A DNA stretch of 64,000 bases from Macrostomum hystrix (lineage: Eukaryota > Animalia > Platyhelminthes), in NCBI GenBank assembly GCA_950097015.1, contig CATNEN010000038.1, forward strand, positions 28,520,001-28,584,000. Direction: 5' to 3'. Below the pieces are notes generated by a model. The model was not told the DNA's origin. It made no database searches and saw only the letters and a list, made by a program, of their open reading frames with translations. The translations under genes were made by a program, and so were the position numbers. Shown piece after piece: positions 1 through 12,195 of the stretch (position 1 is the first letter of the stretch; each line of letters starts with the position of its first letter).

Positions 1-2402
1 AGAGGCGGTCTGCACGCAGGCGCATGTACACAACAGGAACTCGAGCTCATCTGAGCAGGGATTGTGAAAGGCGGCCAGGCTGCAGTGCATCTGGCGGTAC
101 TCGACTCCGCCATCAATGGCACCGTCGCCAACGGTCCTCAGGCGGCAGGCGGCGGCGCAGTGGGCCTGACCGCGGCCGGCAGCGGCTGCCAGAGCGGCCG
201 CTCTAAGCCTGGCCCGGTCGGCAGGGGCTGCCAGGTCGGACAGCGGCCGGCCAATCAGATCCGAAGGCCGGTGACCAAGAATGCCGGCGACTCGCTGATC
301 GCAGAATGTCACCAGCGTGGGATCCGACTCACCGCTGTCCGATCCCGCAGGCGGGCAGATTCTGAGAACAAACTCGGACTGGGACTGGCCTAGAGCTCCC
401 ATCATTAGCGCCAGCTGCTGCTGCTGCTGCTGCTGCTGAGGAGCAGGATGATGCGGCAGGTCGGGTGGCAGAGCTGTTGGCTGCAGTCTGGCTAGGGCAA
501 CTAGACAATGTGGCACTGAGGAAGCTGCATCAGCAGCCTCATCCGATTGTACGTGATGATGATGATGCTGCTGCTGCTGTGAGGGCCATTGCTTCAAATA
601 GCCGGACACATGAGCTATCACGTACTGTTGACCGTCTGTAGCCGGAGCGAGCATTGTGCGCTGCCTCTGGCGCTGGTGCTGATGTTGCGAATCCGGCTGG
701 GCCATTCTCATCCGGCAGATGAAGGAGCGCCTGGCTCCCATTGTGCTGCGCATGTGGGCTGAGGAATTGAAAGAATTCAGGCCAATGCTTGAGATACAGC
801 GCAGTGAATTAGGAGAATTACTGTTAACAAGCAACAGTAACGGAATGCCAAGCCATTGTCAGAGATGAGAGGTCTAAGAAGCTCGACACAGTGTCTGCGA
901 GAACTTATTTGAAATGAGCAGGATGCGGTTAATAGAGGTCAGGTGACATAAGCCAAAGAGATTTAAAGGTGACTAAAGCAGGATGGAGTCAAAGGTCAGG
1001 TGACTCAAGCAGGATGGAGTCAAAGGTCAGGTGACTCAAGCAGGATGGAGTCAAAGGTCACGAAGACTCTGAAAGCAGGATGGAGTCAAAGGTCAGGTGA
1101 CTCAAGCAGGATGGAGTCAAAGGTCACGAAGACTCTGAAAGCAGGATGGAGTCAAAGGTCAGGTGACTCAAGCAGGATGGAGTCAAAGGTCACGGTGACT
1201 CAAGCAGGATGGAGTCAAAGGTCACGGTGACTCAAGCAGGATGGAGTCAAAGGTCAGGTGACTCAAGCACGATGGAGTCAAAGGTCAGGTGACTCAAGCA
1301 GGATGGAGTCAAAGGTCACGGTGACTCAAGCAGGATGGAGTCAAAGGTCAGGTGACTCAAGCAGGATGGAGTCAAAGGTCAGGTGACTCAAGCAGGATGG
1401 AGTCAAAGGTCAGGTGAATCAGGCAGGATGGAGTCAAAGGTCACGAAGACTCTGAAAGCAGGATGGAGTCAAAGGTCAGGTGACTCAAGCAGGATGGAGT
1501 CAAAGGTCAGGTGACTCAAGCAGGATGGAGTCAAAGGTCACGGTGACTCAAGCAGGATGGAGTCAAAGGTCAGGTGACTCAAGCACGATGGAGTCAAAGG
1601 TCAGGTGACTCAAGCAGGATGGAGTCAAAGGTCAGGTGAATCAGGCAGGATGGGGTCAAAGGTCAGGTGACTCAAGCAGGATGGAGTCAAAGGTCAGGTG
1701 ACTCAAGCAGGAGGGGGTTCAAAGGTCAGGTGAATCAGGCAGGATGGGGTCAAAGGTCACGGGCTTACCGTGATAGCCGTCCTTCTTCACGGTACCAGTT
1801 TTGAGGTCCAGAACTCTAGCGGCCGCAGGATCCGCTGATGCTAGCTGGTCGCGAACCTTCTCTCTATCGTCCGGATGCAGCAGGTCGTACAGTGGTCTCT
1901 GATAGCATTCGGCCTGGCTAAAGCCTAGCACTGGACTAACAGAGTCGCTAACATAGACTAGGCGGCCTGTGTCGCACTGGCAGACGAACAGGAACCCGTC
2001 TGCCGCCTCCAATACAAGATGCTTCAATTCCAGATCGCTGAGAAATGACGGTTTATATGTGCCATCGACTCCGGTATTGCCAGTGCCGCGTAAGCCACGC
2101 ATATGGGCCACAGCCATGCGGAGTATAGTGAGTTTGTCAGGCTTGCGGGCTAGATTAGCACAGCTGGGCACCATGTCGCACAATTCGCCAATGTAGGCGG
2201 ACATTTTGTTACGCCTCCGACGCTCGATTTCGCAGTGACTCTCGCGTGCGTAGCGCTCCTTGTCAAGGGTCTCCTGATCGCGTGGTCCGCGACCGCCGCC
2301 GCTGCCACCGCCGCCGGCACCGCCGCTGGAGGCGCCAACGATGCCTAGATTAGACGACGAATTGCTGCTGTCACTGCTGGCGCTGTCATTGAAGTCGTCC
2401 AT
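1..2402 (-). CDS. ARNT: ARNT / HIF-1beta-like bHLH-PAS transcription factor (3' end outside window)
   Basis: Exon 2402-1769 encodes the b[19 protein letters not shown]...[12 protein letters not shown] and PAS-A ([24 protein letters not shown]). GTAAG donor at 1768, AG acceptor at 760-759. Exon 758-1 continues in frame: [11 protein letters not shown] ... [16 protein letters not shown] (ARNT PAS-A end and PAS-B/PAC). Confidence 0.93.
977..1760. repeat. ~31-bp minisatellite filling the ARNT intron (GCAGGATGGAGTCAAAGGTCAGGTGACTCAA)
   Basis: About 25 tandem units seen directly; the array begins 8 bp from the splice donor. Confidence 0.97.
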
Positions 2403-2497
2403 TTTATTTGAGCGCGTTTTTTCAAACCTCAAGATTTTAGATTGACAGCTATGAAATGAGGAAGGCAAAACTATACTAAAGTTAAGTTAATAACAGT

Positions 2498-2836
2498 AAT
2501 AATAATAATAATAATAATAATAATTACAGAAGGGCTGTGGGCAATGGCACATTATTTGGTGACACTTGACCTGCAGCCAGCGAGGAGGCAATTCAGCCCA
2601 TTTCGCTGACTCCTGAGCATACATTCACACGTGTGTACACATCTGCCCTGACTTTCTCATTGTCAGGCAGTCTACACCCTGACTGTGCCTTGGAGGTTGG
2701 CCCTCAAGGGCATAAATTGCACGACAAGTCCCCAAGCCTTTTTTCAGCGGCTGCGCCCCAAATGAATGTGACCTCGCAGTGGAATCGAGCTTAGGGACCT
2801 TGGTGCGAGAGGCAAACGCTTTAAACACTCTGTCAC
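2498..2836 (-). mobile_element. tRNA-derived SINE family A copy
   Basis: Reverse complement of the element at 17187-17546 and 27509-27822; (AAT)n tail at 2498-2525, B-box-like GCTCGATTCC. Confidence 0.88.
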
Positions 2837-3980
2837 AAACCCACAAGTTACACTAAAGATAAGCTAACAACAGCATGGACAAAAGTAACAACAGACTCCA
2901 GAATCATTCTGGCACAAACTCTGCAGATGGTTGAACTGAAGCACTATTGAATTTCAAGCCTTTTCTCAGCAGGGCACAAATGATATTTTAGAAAATGATT
3001 TCCCACAGTCTTAAATAATATTTAAAGATACAAGCATAAAAGTGACATGAAGAGTAAGTTACATTTTACACGAGATAGTATCATCATTTTATGCAATTAA
3101 TTTTGTGCTTATGATGGATAACTATAATAACATGTTTAATGACTTACTTATAAATATTCTGATACATAATATGATACATCTGGATACATGATGATTGGTT
3201 TTAGCTAAAAATAATTAGGAAGGTTATTTTCTAAAAACTGCTAAAACAAAAACTAAAAAGCTATTAATTTTCCCACCAGATAACTTTTAATAAAATAATA
3301 GATACCTAGAATTTAGTTTATTCATATATTAACATGAAGAAATTTTTTTGAAATTTGAAGTGGAGTAGTGGGCACTAGCAAATACTTTGGTGGCAATAGA
3401 CTTGTAACCAGCAAGGAGCCATTCTCATTAGAGGAGATATAAAAAAAGTTAATTTGAGACATTTGGCCATTGCTTAAAGCATAATTTGACAAACTTTTGT
3501 TGGTTAAATCTGGCCTAGAAGACCTCTTTACTTGGCTTACATGATTATGCAATCCCTTAATGTTATTGTGGCCCAAAATGTTTAGCAAAATTCAGTTTTA
3601 ATAACATTTTACTATATTAGTTGATTATAAATTGTTGCCATCTAGCATTTCTATTATTATATTTAGGAGCCATATATTTTTGCTTTTATGATTTTAATGA
3701 CTTTTAGACTTGACTTTTAGGAGACCTAAGCATAACTAATAAGCAAAATATGGCATAAACTTGGCATATGAACATCAAAGTTTTGATTTTCTTTCTAGCA
3801 TACCATAACCACTGAGTGATCTAGAGTCTAGTCAATGGCGATAGGGATAAGCTGAGTAATACATTACAATGATTATATTTGGCTTAAATAAAAATATCTT
3901 AAGACTTCTAAAAAAGTTCTGCTTGACTCAGAATGTAGCTAAAAGCACAAATAAAGAAGCTAACAAAATTTTAAGCTTTA

Positions 3981-4623
3981 GGGTAATGTATCATCAACCG
4001 AACAGTGTATCTTCAAAACCGAACAAGAATTTTGACTCCTTCCTTGGTCTTGTGCAAGACAGAAACAAGCTATTGTGTTTCACAGAACAACTAATTTGAA
4101 AGTTGAAGAAATTATCTACAAGCTGAGGCATGATGTGCAATGAAGCATTAAGAGGAAAGAAAGATATAGATGTTTCAGTAGAAATTTTTATTGCAAAAGC
4201 ATACTTTTTAACAACATTTTTTCAGCATGTACTTTAGACGAAGATTGTATATGGTTGCTTGCCAATTTAATGACCATAAATGTAGTTATTTATAGAGCAT
4301 GAAAAATGCTTTCAAATGACATAATTCATGATAGTTCACTCCTTAAAATAAGATTAAACCACTCACTCAAATTGTAAAACCGAACATCAAATTCTCTGTT
4401 TGGTTTGAAGATACATGAAAATCATTGTTTGGTTTTAGATTAAAAACACAAATAACTTTTTTTCTATTTGACAAAAAAGCAAAAGCAGATACTTTTTAGA
4501 AAGATATAACTGTTTTCTATAACTTGGCTTTTGATTTATCATCATATCTTAAATAGAAAATCTGTAGCATATGTTTGAAGTTAAAAAAATACACATTCTT
4601 GTTTGGTTGATGATACATTACCC
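3981..4623. mobile_element. Non-autonomous TIR element (MITE) flanked by TA
   Basis: Left end GGGTAATGTATCATCAACCGAACA, right end TGTTTGGTTGATGATACATTACCC; TA on both sides; internal subterminal repeats. Confidence 0.85.
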
Positions 4624-5991
4624 TATAGGAATTGAGCAACTTAATTTATATAAATTTTTTTTTTGGCAAGTAAAAAACTAAATTAAAATGAATTTCAAAA
4701 ATACTATATTTCTTATTTCTTAGGCCTATCTCTCCAGTGTCTCCTCCCCCCTGTCTGATCTTCCACATTTCTCATATTTTTAGAGTCAATGTGGCCTTTA
4801 GTCCAGATCATGCTAGCCATATGCCAGAAGATATTTTATATGTTTTCTTAAATTTACGCTAAATAACAACAAGTGGAAAACTGGCCCAAAAGTGTTAATC
4901 CAAATTATAGGACTCAAAAAGGATGCCCAGAATTTAGGAAAAATGCACAAAGTGGTTAGCATCAAATAGTATTTTTTAAGTTTAAACTAAATAGGCCTAG
5001 CAATTTTTAAAAAGATATTTAATATTTTTCATCTGTCATCTAGTCTTGTCATATTGTCATCTTGGCATCAAAATTTTGTGGAAAGCTACACGATTTGGAC
5101 TATAGAATGTGGCACAGTTGCCTCTGTGGCCCGTGTGCTAATATGTTTGCTGAGCCCTGGTCTACCCTATTATCACTGTCACTATTCTGTCAAAGTGATA
5201 CACTAACACTCTGAGTGATACAAGTGATAGAAGTAAGTGATACAAGTAACCTGTTTAACAAAATTATCCTAGGCATAATCCGCCTGTGTTTTGTGTTTTG
5301 TGCTTTGTTCTTTGTTTACAGGATAGCTAGGCAGGCTGTTGTCTTGCTGTACTAGATTTGCTATAGTTACACTTGTGGTTTAGTGTAAAAAACAGACGTT
5401 AATACAAACACCAAGGATAATATAAAATATATGGAATTTTTTTAGGCTTTGGCTCAGACAGGATGCCAGCTAGGCCAATAGTTAGTTATATTTGTGTAGA
5501 ATTTATAACAACTTAGATTCACTTTAAAATTGCACGTAATAAACGTTTTAAAAAATTGCACATTTAACAAGAAACTAGTTATAATAGTTAAACTAAATAA
5601 AAAATATGCTACTTAATGTCAACAACTTAAAATGTGACTTTCTTGATGCAAATGATTTAAATTATCAGGTCATACATCAGCAAGACGATTAACGTTTTCA
5701 AGTTTTACCCGACGAGACAACAAAATCTATCAAGATTCCTGAAGTTCCTGATTCCTGATGTCACCAGATAAAACGTAAGATAAATTAAAACTAGACCAAG
5801 CTCAAGGGCAATAAAGGCAGCCACACCAAACCTGAATTCGAGATTGTATTCATTTTAATGCTGGGTCATTTGATGTAAACTGAAATTAAGTTTCTCGCTC
5901 AGGACAAAAAATTGTCTTCCCTGGGCTGATCGATTCGAACTACAAACCTCTAGGTCAAAACTCCAAAGCTTTACGAGCTCAGTAAAATGAC

Positions 5992-6722
5992 TCAGTGCAC
6001 TCTGAACTTGACCCAGTCGGCGTTCGCCTCGATGGCTTCCTCAACCTGAGCGTCAGTGAACTGCAGCAGGCGGCAGATCTTCATCGCGCGCTGTTGTACA
6101 GCACGTGTCTCCTGTTGCCTGAGCGCATTGCAGCCGCCACGCACCTGATTGAGCTGGTTACCTGCAGCAGGTCAGAGTAGCAGTACTCAGAGCTCGGATT
6201 GTAGCTGGTGCGCTTGAACGGAGTCCTCTGCCACGAGGCGATGGCGACAGGCTTGTACGGATCTGCATGTGCGAACTCGCAGGCGAAACCCACGCGCAAT
6301 GAGCAAGGAACATCATTGAGAGTGTAGCCATCCGTTAAAGCGCAATCTTCTTTCCCATTAGCATTGTTTGGCTCGTTTGAGCTCCACATCAAGTCACTCG
6401 CCGATTGCGAAATCGTTCCATCGGTCATCTGCCAGCCCGTTTTGTTTTTGAATCTCTCCTCTGCCAGGTCCGAGGCTCCGATCCACATCCAGCAGCTGCT
6501 GCAGTTCAGACTTGTTCCCAGCAGCTGCAGTGAGCTGAACGAGCTCAAGAGCTCGCCTCTCATTGATGCGCACTGTCGATTGGCCGAGCACCAGGTGAAT
6601 TGGCCAGACGTTTTGGCAAAAACGCAACCGGCATCTCCCAGGCTATACGGAGCCGGGCACTGGGCTTTCACATACAGCATCTGAACGCCTACAAGCAGCA
6701 GCACAAAAACTTTAGTAGCCAT
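5992..6722 (-). pseudogene. Secreted C-type lectin (EPN) + PAN/apple-like domain, copy 1, with a 2-bp frameshift near the 3' end (ORF 6722-6081)
   Basis: Signal peptide, WIGASD, EPN and LND motifs. Against the paralog at 11446-12195, GCG CTG AAG has become GCG CGA TGA AG, giving a stop at 6081. The lost C-terminus (KICRLLQFTDAQVEEAIEANADWVKFRVH*) is still present in the shifted frame to 5992. It could be a truncated functional gene or an assembly error. Confidence 0.8.
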
Positions 6723-7536
6723 GGTTGGCTAGTTTGAGAGAATCGAGTAACGTTAGGAACGTCCTTCACGTTCCAACGCCTTTTATTCTTTGATGTGTGT
6801 TGATGTGTGCTGTCATTGATCTTCTTTATGATTGGTTTTTCTGACACGAATGGCAAAGGCAAGCGTTGAAGTTGTATATGAACTTCAGTTTTAGGAAATG
6901 AAAAACCTTCCTAAAAGGACCAATTGGAGTAAGTAATGAAATTACGTTTCTTAGAAAATGTTTTGTAGGCTGCATGCTTCTGCCGAGCAGACACAATGGA
7001 GATGTTTTTACTAAGAAAGATTAACAGAAATCTATATCACGCTTCAAATAAGGAAGCTAATATCAAAAGATGAGCCTTCAAATGAAACACAGTAACTAAA
7101 TGTTTTGCAGAAGATAGTGAAACTTTGCCTATCTCTGTAGTGAATTTTTAGCGAAAAGCTGCCTTCAATACCAGTTTTAAGAAACGTTGTTTTGTGTACT
7201 TCTACTCATAGTGGTCCTTGCATGGTCCACGCATAAGTTCACAAACAGTCCTGTGGACTTACAGATAGTGTTGTTTTTCATTAAAAGAAGTGCAATGGGC
7301 TTGAGGCTTAGAAGAGGCGAAAACAGCGAAAGACACGGAGTCATCAAGCCTCTCTATGCAAGCTTTCTTCTTCTTTGTTAAAAAAGTTAACACTGTATTG
7401 CTTATGTGTATGCAACATGCCAAAATAGTTTTTTTCGTATGTAGTGTGTAGCATAGTTGTTAAACATGCAACATTTAATTGTTGTTTCGTCTGGGCAAGT
7501 TGTTAAACAAATCTCTCAGCTTGTCAACTGCATGGC

Positions 7537-7851
7537 TCAGTGCACAATGACTCAGTCGGTACCCGTCTCGATGGCCTCCTCAACCTGAGCGTCAGTGAAC
7601 TGCTGCAGGCGGCACATCTTCAGCACACTGTTGTACAGCACGTGCGTGTCTGCTGATTACTGAGCTGAGATTCCACAGCTTGCAGGTTCCGCAGCTCATG
7701 CTGGACATGTTGCCAATCAGCTGCAGCGAGCCGAACGAGCTCATCAGCTGGCCTCCAATCGATGCGCACTGCCTGAGCGGAGCCGGGCACTGAGCCTGCA
7801 CTGACAGCAGCTGAATGCCTAGAGCAGCAATACGAAACTGTTAGGCCTCAT
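7537..7851 (-). pseudogene. C-type lectin pseudogene, copy 2 (frameshift plus several internal deletions)
   Basis: Fragments QAQCPAP / RQCASIGGQLMSSF / HVLYNS / QFTDAQVEEAIE are collinear with the paralogs, but most of the CRD is deleted; early TAG in the signal-peptide region. Confidence 0.88.
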
Positions 7852-8577
7852 TTTGCAAGATTCGTTGCTGAAGATAAAGACTTTCTATCAGAATCCTAGC
7901 AGTAAATATTGGACAGTTTTTATAGCTCTTTACAAAGCATATCTGTTGCTTGGCACCACCAACCCGTTTCCATAGATTGTACACATTTTTTCTTCAACAT
8001 TTATAACTCCGTGACAATTGAGAAAATTTTTGTACGCAGCATAATAGACCTGCAGCTGCATTTTTAGGCTATGGGAGTATGCAGAAGAGAAGAAAAAAGA
8101 AAATTAATAATACTTTTTTTGACAAACAAAGATCCAAAGGCCTAGGTATGAAGCTTCATGTACAGTTGTACTGTTGAACATGAATACAGTACAATGAGCC
8201 CTGCTGCCAGGCTAACATCAAATGAAATTTAGTTTTTTTTACAGTCTCTAGCTCATCTTACTTGTTTGAGTGTGTCAAGTCACAACAGGTAGTTTTCTTT
8301 AAAAATGATTGTTGAATTGTTGGCCCGCGGCAAGTGCTCGCTTCTTAATACGGAAATTCCTGAAAGACATTTTTAATTCACGCATTCTGACGAAAGGTAC
8401 TGAAGCGTATAGGTGTTAAAAGTACGAGCCATTGTAAGTTTTTTTCGAATTTTAAATATTCTCACAGGAGCAAGGCAAATAAGCGTAGTTTTCTTAGGAC
8501 ATTAAGTTTTTGGGCTACCGAATTTGGACTTCTACAATAAGACTGCTAGACTTTGGCTTAGCCGAAGCTATTTGTTA

Positions 8578-9217
8578 TTGGTTTTCAACTTCTATTTCAA
8601 ACTAAGTGACTTCAATTTCGCCAGCGGGGAGGCGGATGCTCGTGTGTACCCGATCAGTGACTTCAATTTCGTCCACGAGACCGGCCTGCCCAAGTTTGAG
8701 CAAATCAATTTCACACAAAGTAACTTCGATTTCGTCTTGCATTTTTTTCATCCGGCTTCAAACATTAATATAGGCCATGATGAGCCTGTATACTTTCAAT
8801 AATATTTGACGTCTCAGGCAGACACCAAAGTGGGAGACAACAAAAAGATCTCGTATTATCGCTCCAATAAGATTGGAGCTTCAAGAGCGGCTGGATGTGA
8901 AAGTGTCGGCGCGATCCAATTAGCTGAATTTATTATGATTCTGTGCTATAGGGTCATAAATTCACAGGGCCATAAATCTCTCGACACTCGAAAGAATTAT
9001 TATAATTGCATTGCGGCAGAGTCGGTGGCGGCATGGGCGAAGATCAAAGGCAAAGACAAAGTCCGTATTTCACAGAGCGGATGCAAACACAAATCGCTGT
9101 GCTGAAGAGACGAAATAGAAGTTACATTTTGTGCAATTTATTTACTCTAACTTGGGCAGGCCGGTCTCGCGGACGAAATTGAAGTTTACTTAGTTTAAAA
9201 TAGAATTTGAAAACCAA
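8578..9217 (+). mobile_element. MITE family X copy 1 (long TIRs, TA TSD)
   Basis: TIR TTGGTTTTCAACTTCTATTTCAAACTAAGT... / ...ACTTAGTTTAAAATAGAATTTGAAAACCAA; TA at 8576-77 and 9218-19; internal inverted CGAGACCGGCCTGCCCAAGTT repeats. Confidence 0.9.
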
Positions 9218-9395
9218 TAGCACTTCTACATGAGTGTACAGTTTGTGTTAGCGTGTTCTGACTCGGTTTCAGTTCGTCTTTAGTTTTACTCGATCGCGGC
9301 AGTGTAGACGTGATTCACGTGGCAATTCGCGTTTACAGTTTGACGTGAACTGAAGCACTATAGGTAAATTAAGGGAATTAAGTATCTTGTTCGTG

Positions 9396-9673
9396 TGGGT
9401 TGAATGGCAGAGCGGTCTAATGCGTCAATTACCTCTCCAATCAAGGCCTCGGAGCTTGATTCCGCAGCGAGGCCACACTCATTTTGGGCGCAACAGAGAA
9501 GGCTTGACATGCAATTTGCGACATTGAGGGCCAACCTCCAAGGCATAGTGAAAGTGTACACTGCATGACACAATGAGAAAGTCAGAGCAGATGTACACAC
9601 CTGTGCAGGTCTACTCGCCGGCTGCGGGTCTACTATCACCAAATGATGCGCCAACTGCAATTACAATTACTAT
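9396..9673 (+). mobile_element. tRNA-derived SINE family A copy
   Basis: A box TGGCAGAGCGG, B-box-like GCTTGATTCC, shared body (GAGAAAGTCAG...GATGTACACAC), ATT-type tail. Confidence 0.85.
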
Positions 9674-10454
9674 TTTAAGTGTTTCGCTGCCTCTAGCATC
9701 TAAGAACAGGTAGTCTATTCTCGAGCTTCACATTCCTGCTTGCTTGGGCATGTCAAGTGGGAAAAAAAGTTGTTTCTACAGATCTTTTTATTGAGCGCTC
9801 ATCCGTTGCCTGCCGCGTCTGTGGGCTTGCAACCAGCTGTCGATGCGTTGCTTGGCAACTGAGAAATTCTTGCATCTTTAGAGCTGCAACTCAGTATGCC
9901 TATATTATTGGTTTTTGCCACCTGTCGTCACCCCGACGAGAACCGTTGAATATCTCGACTATGCGATGTTTTGTGATTCTGGAAGTTTTTTCATGAGATA
10001 GAGTGGAGAATTTTAGCCTGTGTTCGATTTTGATGGCGATTGGTTGAATATTTTGAGAGACAAAAAAAAACACTTGTGGTATTTTACTTCTTAGTAGGGT
10101 TAGACAATTCGCATCTTAATTGAGTTTTGCAGCAGACTAAAGCAGATGAACTTGCAGTTCAACTTCTAAACAGTAAGCAAAATTGCTTGCAGAAAACTTT
10201 GCTCGTAATCATTCTAACGATGCATCTTTTCGACGTCCCTCGAATCCATGCTGACGTCTTTCAACGTCTTGGACGTCCACCAAATCTACGTTGATGCCAA
10301 CCAAATCAAAGGATCATCTCAATAATGCGCTCAGAGCCAGTGACACAGGCATAGTCTCGCTGAAATGTCTATGGCACTCGCAATCAAACTGAATCTCTGA
10401 TTAAGTATATAAGCATATGATTAAGTGTATAATATTATATAATATATAATAATA

Positions 10455-11108
10455 TTAGTTTTCAACTTCTATTTCAAACTAAGTAACTTCAATTTCGTCC
10501 GCGAGACCGGCCTGCCCAAGTTAGAGTAAATAAATTGCACAAAATGTAACTTCTATTTCGTCTCTGCAGCACAGCGATTTGTGTTTGCGTCCGCTCTGTG
10601 AAATACGGACTTTGTCCTAATTGCCTTTGATCTTCGCCGACGCCGCCACCGACTCTGCCGCAATGCAATTATAATAGTTCTTTCGAGTGTCGAGAGATTT
10701 ATGGCCCTGTGAATTTATGATCCTATAGCACAGAATCATTATAAAAAAACCAGCTAATTGGATAGCGCCGACACTTTCACATTCAGCCGCTCTTGAAGCT
10801 CCAATCTTATTGGAGCGACAATACGAGCTCTTTTTGTTGTTTGTCTCCCACTTTGGTGTCTTGCCTGAGACGTCAAAAATATATATTGAAAGTATACAGG
10901 CCCATCATGGCCTATATTAATTTTTGAAGCCGGATGAAAAAATGCAAGACGAAATAGAAGTTACTTTGTGTGAAATTGATTTGCTCTAACTTGGGCAGGC
11001 CGGTCTCGCGGACGAAATTGAAGTTACTGATCGGGTACACACTATCGCATCCCCCTCTTCGCGACCGAAATCGAAGTCACTTAGTTTGAAATAGAAGTTG
11101 AAAACCAA
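10455..11108 (-). mobile_element. MITE family X copy 2, inverted relative to copy 1
   Basis: Near full-length reverse complement of 8578-9217; TA at 10453-54 and 11109-10. Confidence 0.9.
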
Positions 11109-11445
11109 TATTATCAGCGTGTGTGCGTTCTGTCAATCGTCAGCGGAATCGGCAGAATTGTCGTTATTTTAAGGGCAAAATATTTAAAGAGTATTGTCTC
11201 GATTCGCTTCACTCATTTAGAAAATTTGGCGCTATTAGAAACAAAAAAACTGGGATGAATCCCGAAAGGGGGTTACATATAGTCAATGGACATCTCCAAT
11301 TATATCAAATAAGGCACACATTCGCATGGAAAACACAAACAAACAAACATCCAGATAAGTTCTTACTGACGTTCTGCGTTCAAAATTTTATTGTTTCAGC
11401 ACTTTTTATCATTTGTCAAGCAAATACCACAGCTAGCAAGCTCGC

Positions 11446-12195
11446 TCAATACATGCGGAGCTTGACCCAGTCGGCGCTCGTCTCGATGGCCTCCTCAACC
11501 TGAGCGTCAGTGAACTGCAGCAGGCGGCAGATCTTCAGCGCGCTGTTGTACAGCACGTGTCTGCTGTTACCTGAGCGCATTGCAGCGGCCACGCACCTGA
11601 TTGAGCTGGTTACCTGCAGCAGGTCAGAGTAGCAGTACTCAGAGCTCGGATTGTAGTTGGTTCGCTTGAACGGAGTCAGCTGCCATGAGGCACTGGCGAC
11701 AGGCTTGTACGGAGCTGCAGGTGCGAACTCGCAGACGAATCCACCCAGACTTGAGCACGAGAAATCATTTAGAACACCTGCGCTGTTCAACTTTAGAACG
11801 CAATCTTCATTTCCATTCCAATTGTTAGGCTCATTTGAATTCCAATATAAGTCACTTGGCGATTGCGAAATCCTTCCATCATTCATCTGCCAGCCCGTTT
11901 TGTTTTTGAATCTCTCATCTGCCAGGTCAGAGGCTCCGATCCACAGTTTACAGTTGCAACTTACGCCGGGCATACTGCTCAGCAGCTGCAGCGAGCTGAA
12001 CGAGCTCATGAGCTGGCCTCCGATCGATGCGCACTGCCGATTGGCCGAGCACCAGCTGAAACTATACGAAGTGTTGGCGAACACGCACCTGCCCGCCTCC
12101 AAGCTGAACGGAGCCGGGCAATGAGCCTGCACTGACAGCAGCTGAATGCTGACAAGCAGCAGCAGTGATATCGGCTGCTTGCCTCGGACAGCCAT
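11446..12195 (-). CDS. Secreted C-type lectin (EPN motif) with C-terminal PAN/apple-like domain, intact copy 3, single exon
   Basis: 249-aa ORF: signal peptide, long-form CTLD cysteines, WIGASD, EPNN...EDC, LND, GFVCE; C-terminal SSIRC...LYNSALKICRL segment resembles PAN. Confidence 0.92.
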   Translation of the reverse strand: MAVRGKQPISLLLLVSIQLLSVQAHCPAPFSLEAGRCVFANTSYSFSWCSANRQCASIGGQLMSSFSSLQLLSSMPGVSCNCKLWIGASDLADERFKNKTGWQMNDGRISQSPSDLYWNSNEPNNWNGNEDCVLKLNSAGVLNDFSCSSLGGFVCEFAPAAPYKPVASASWQLTPFKRTNYNPSSEYCYSDLLQVTSSIRCVAAAMRSGNSRHVLYNSALKICRLLQFTDAQVEEAIETSADWVKLRMY

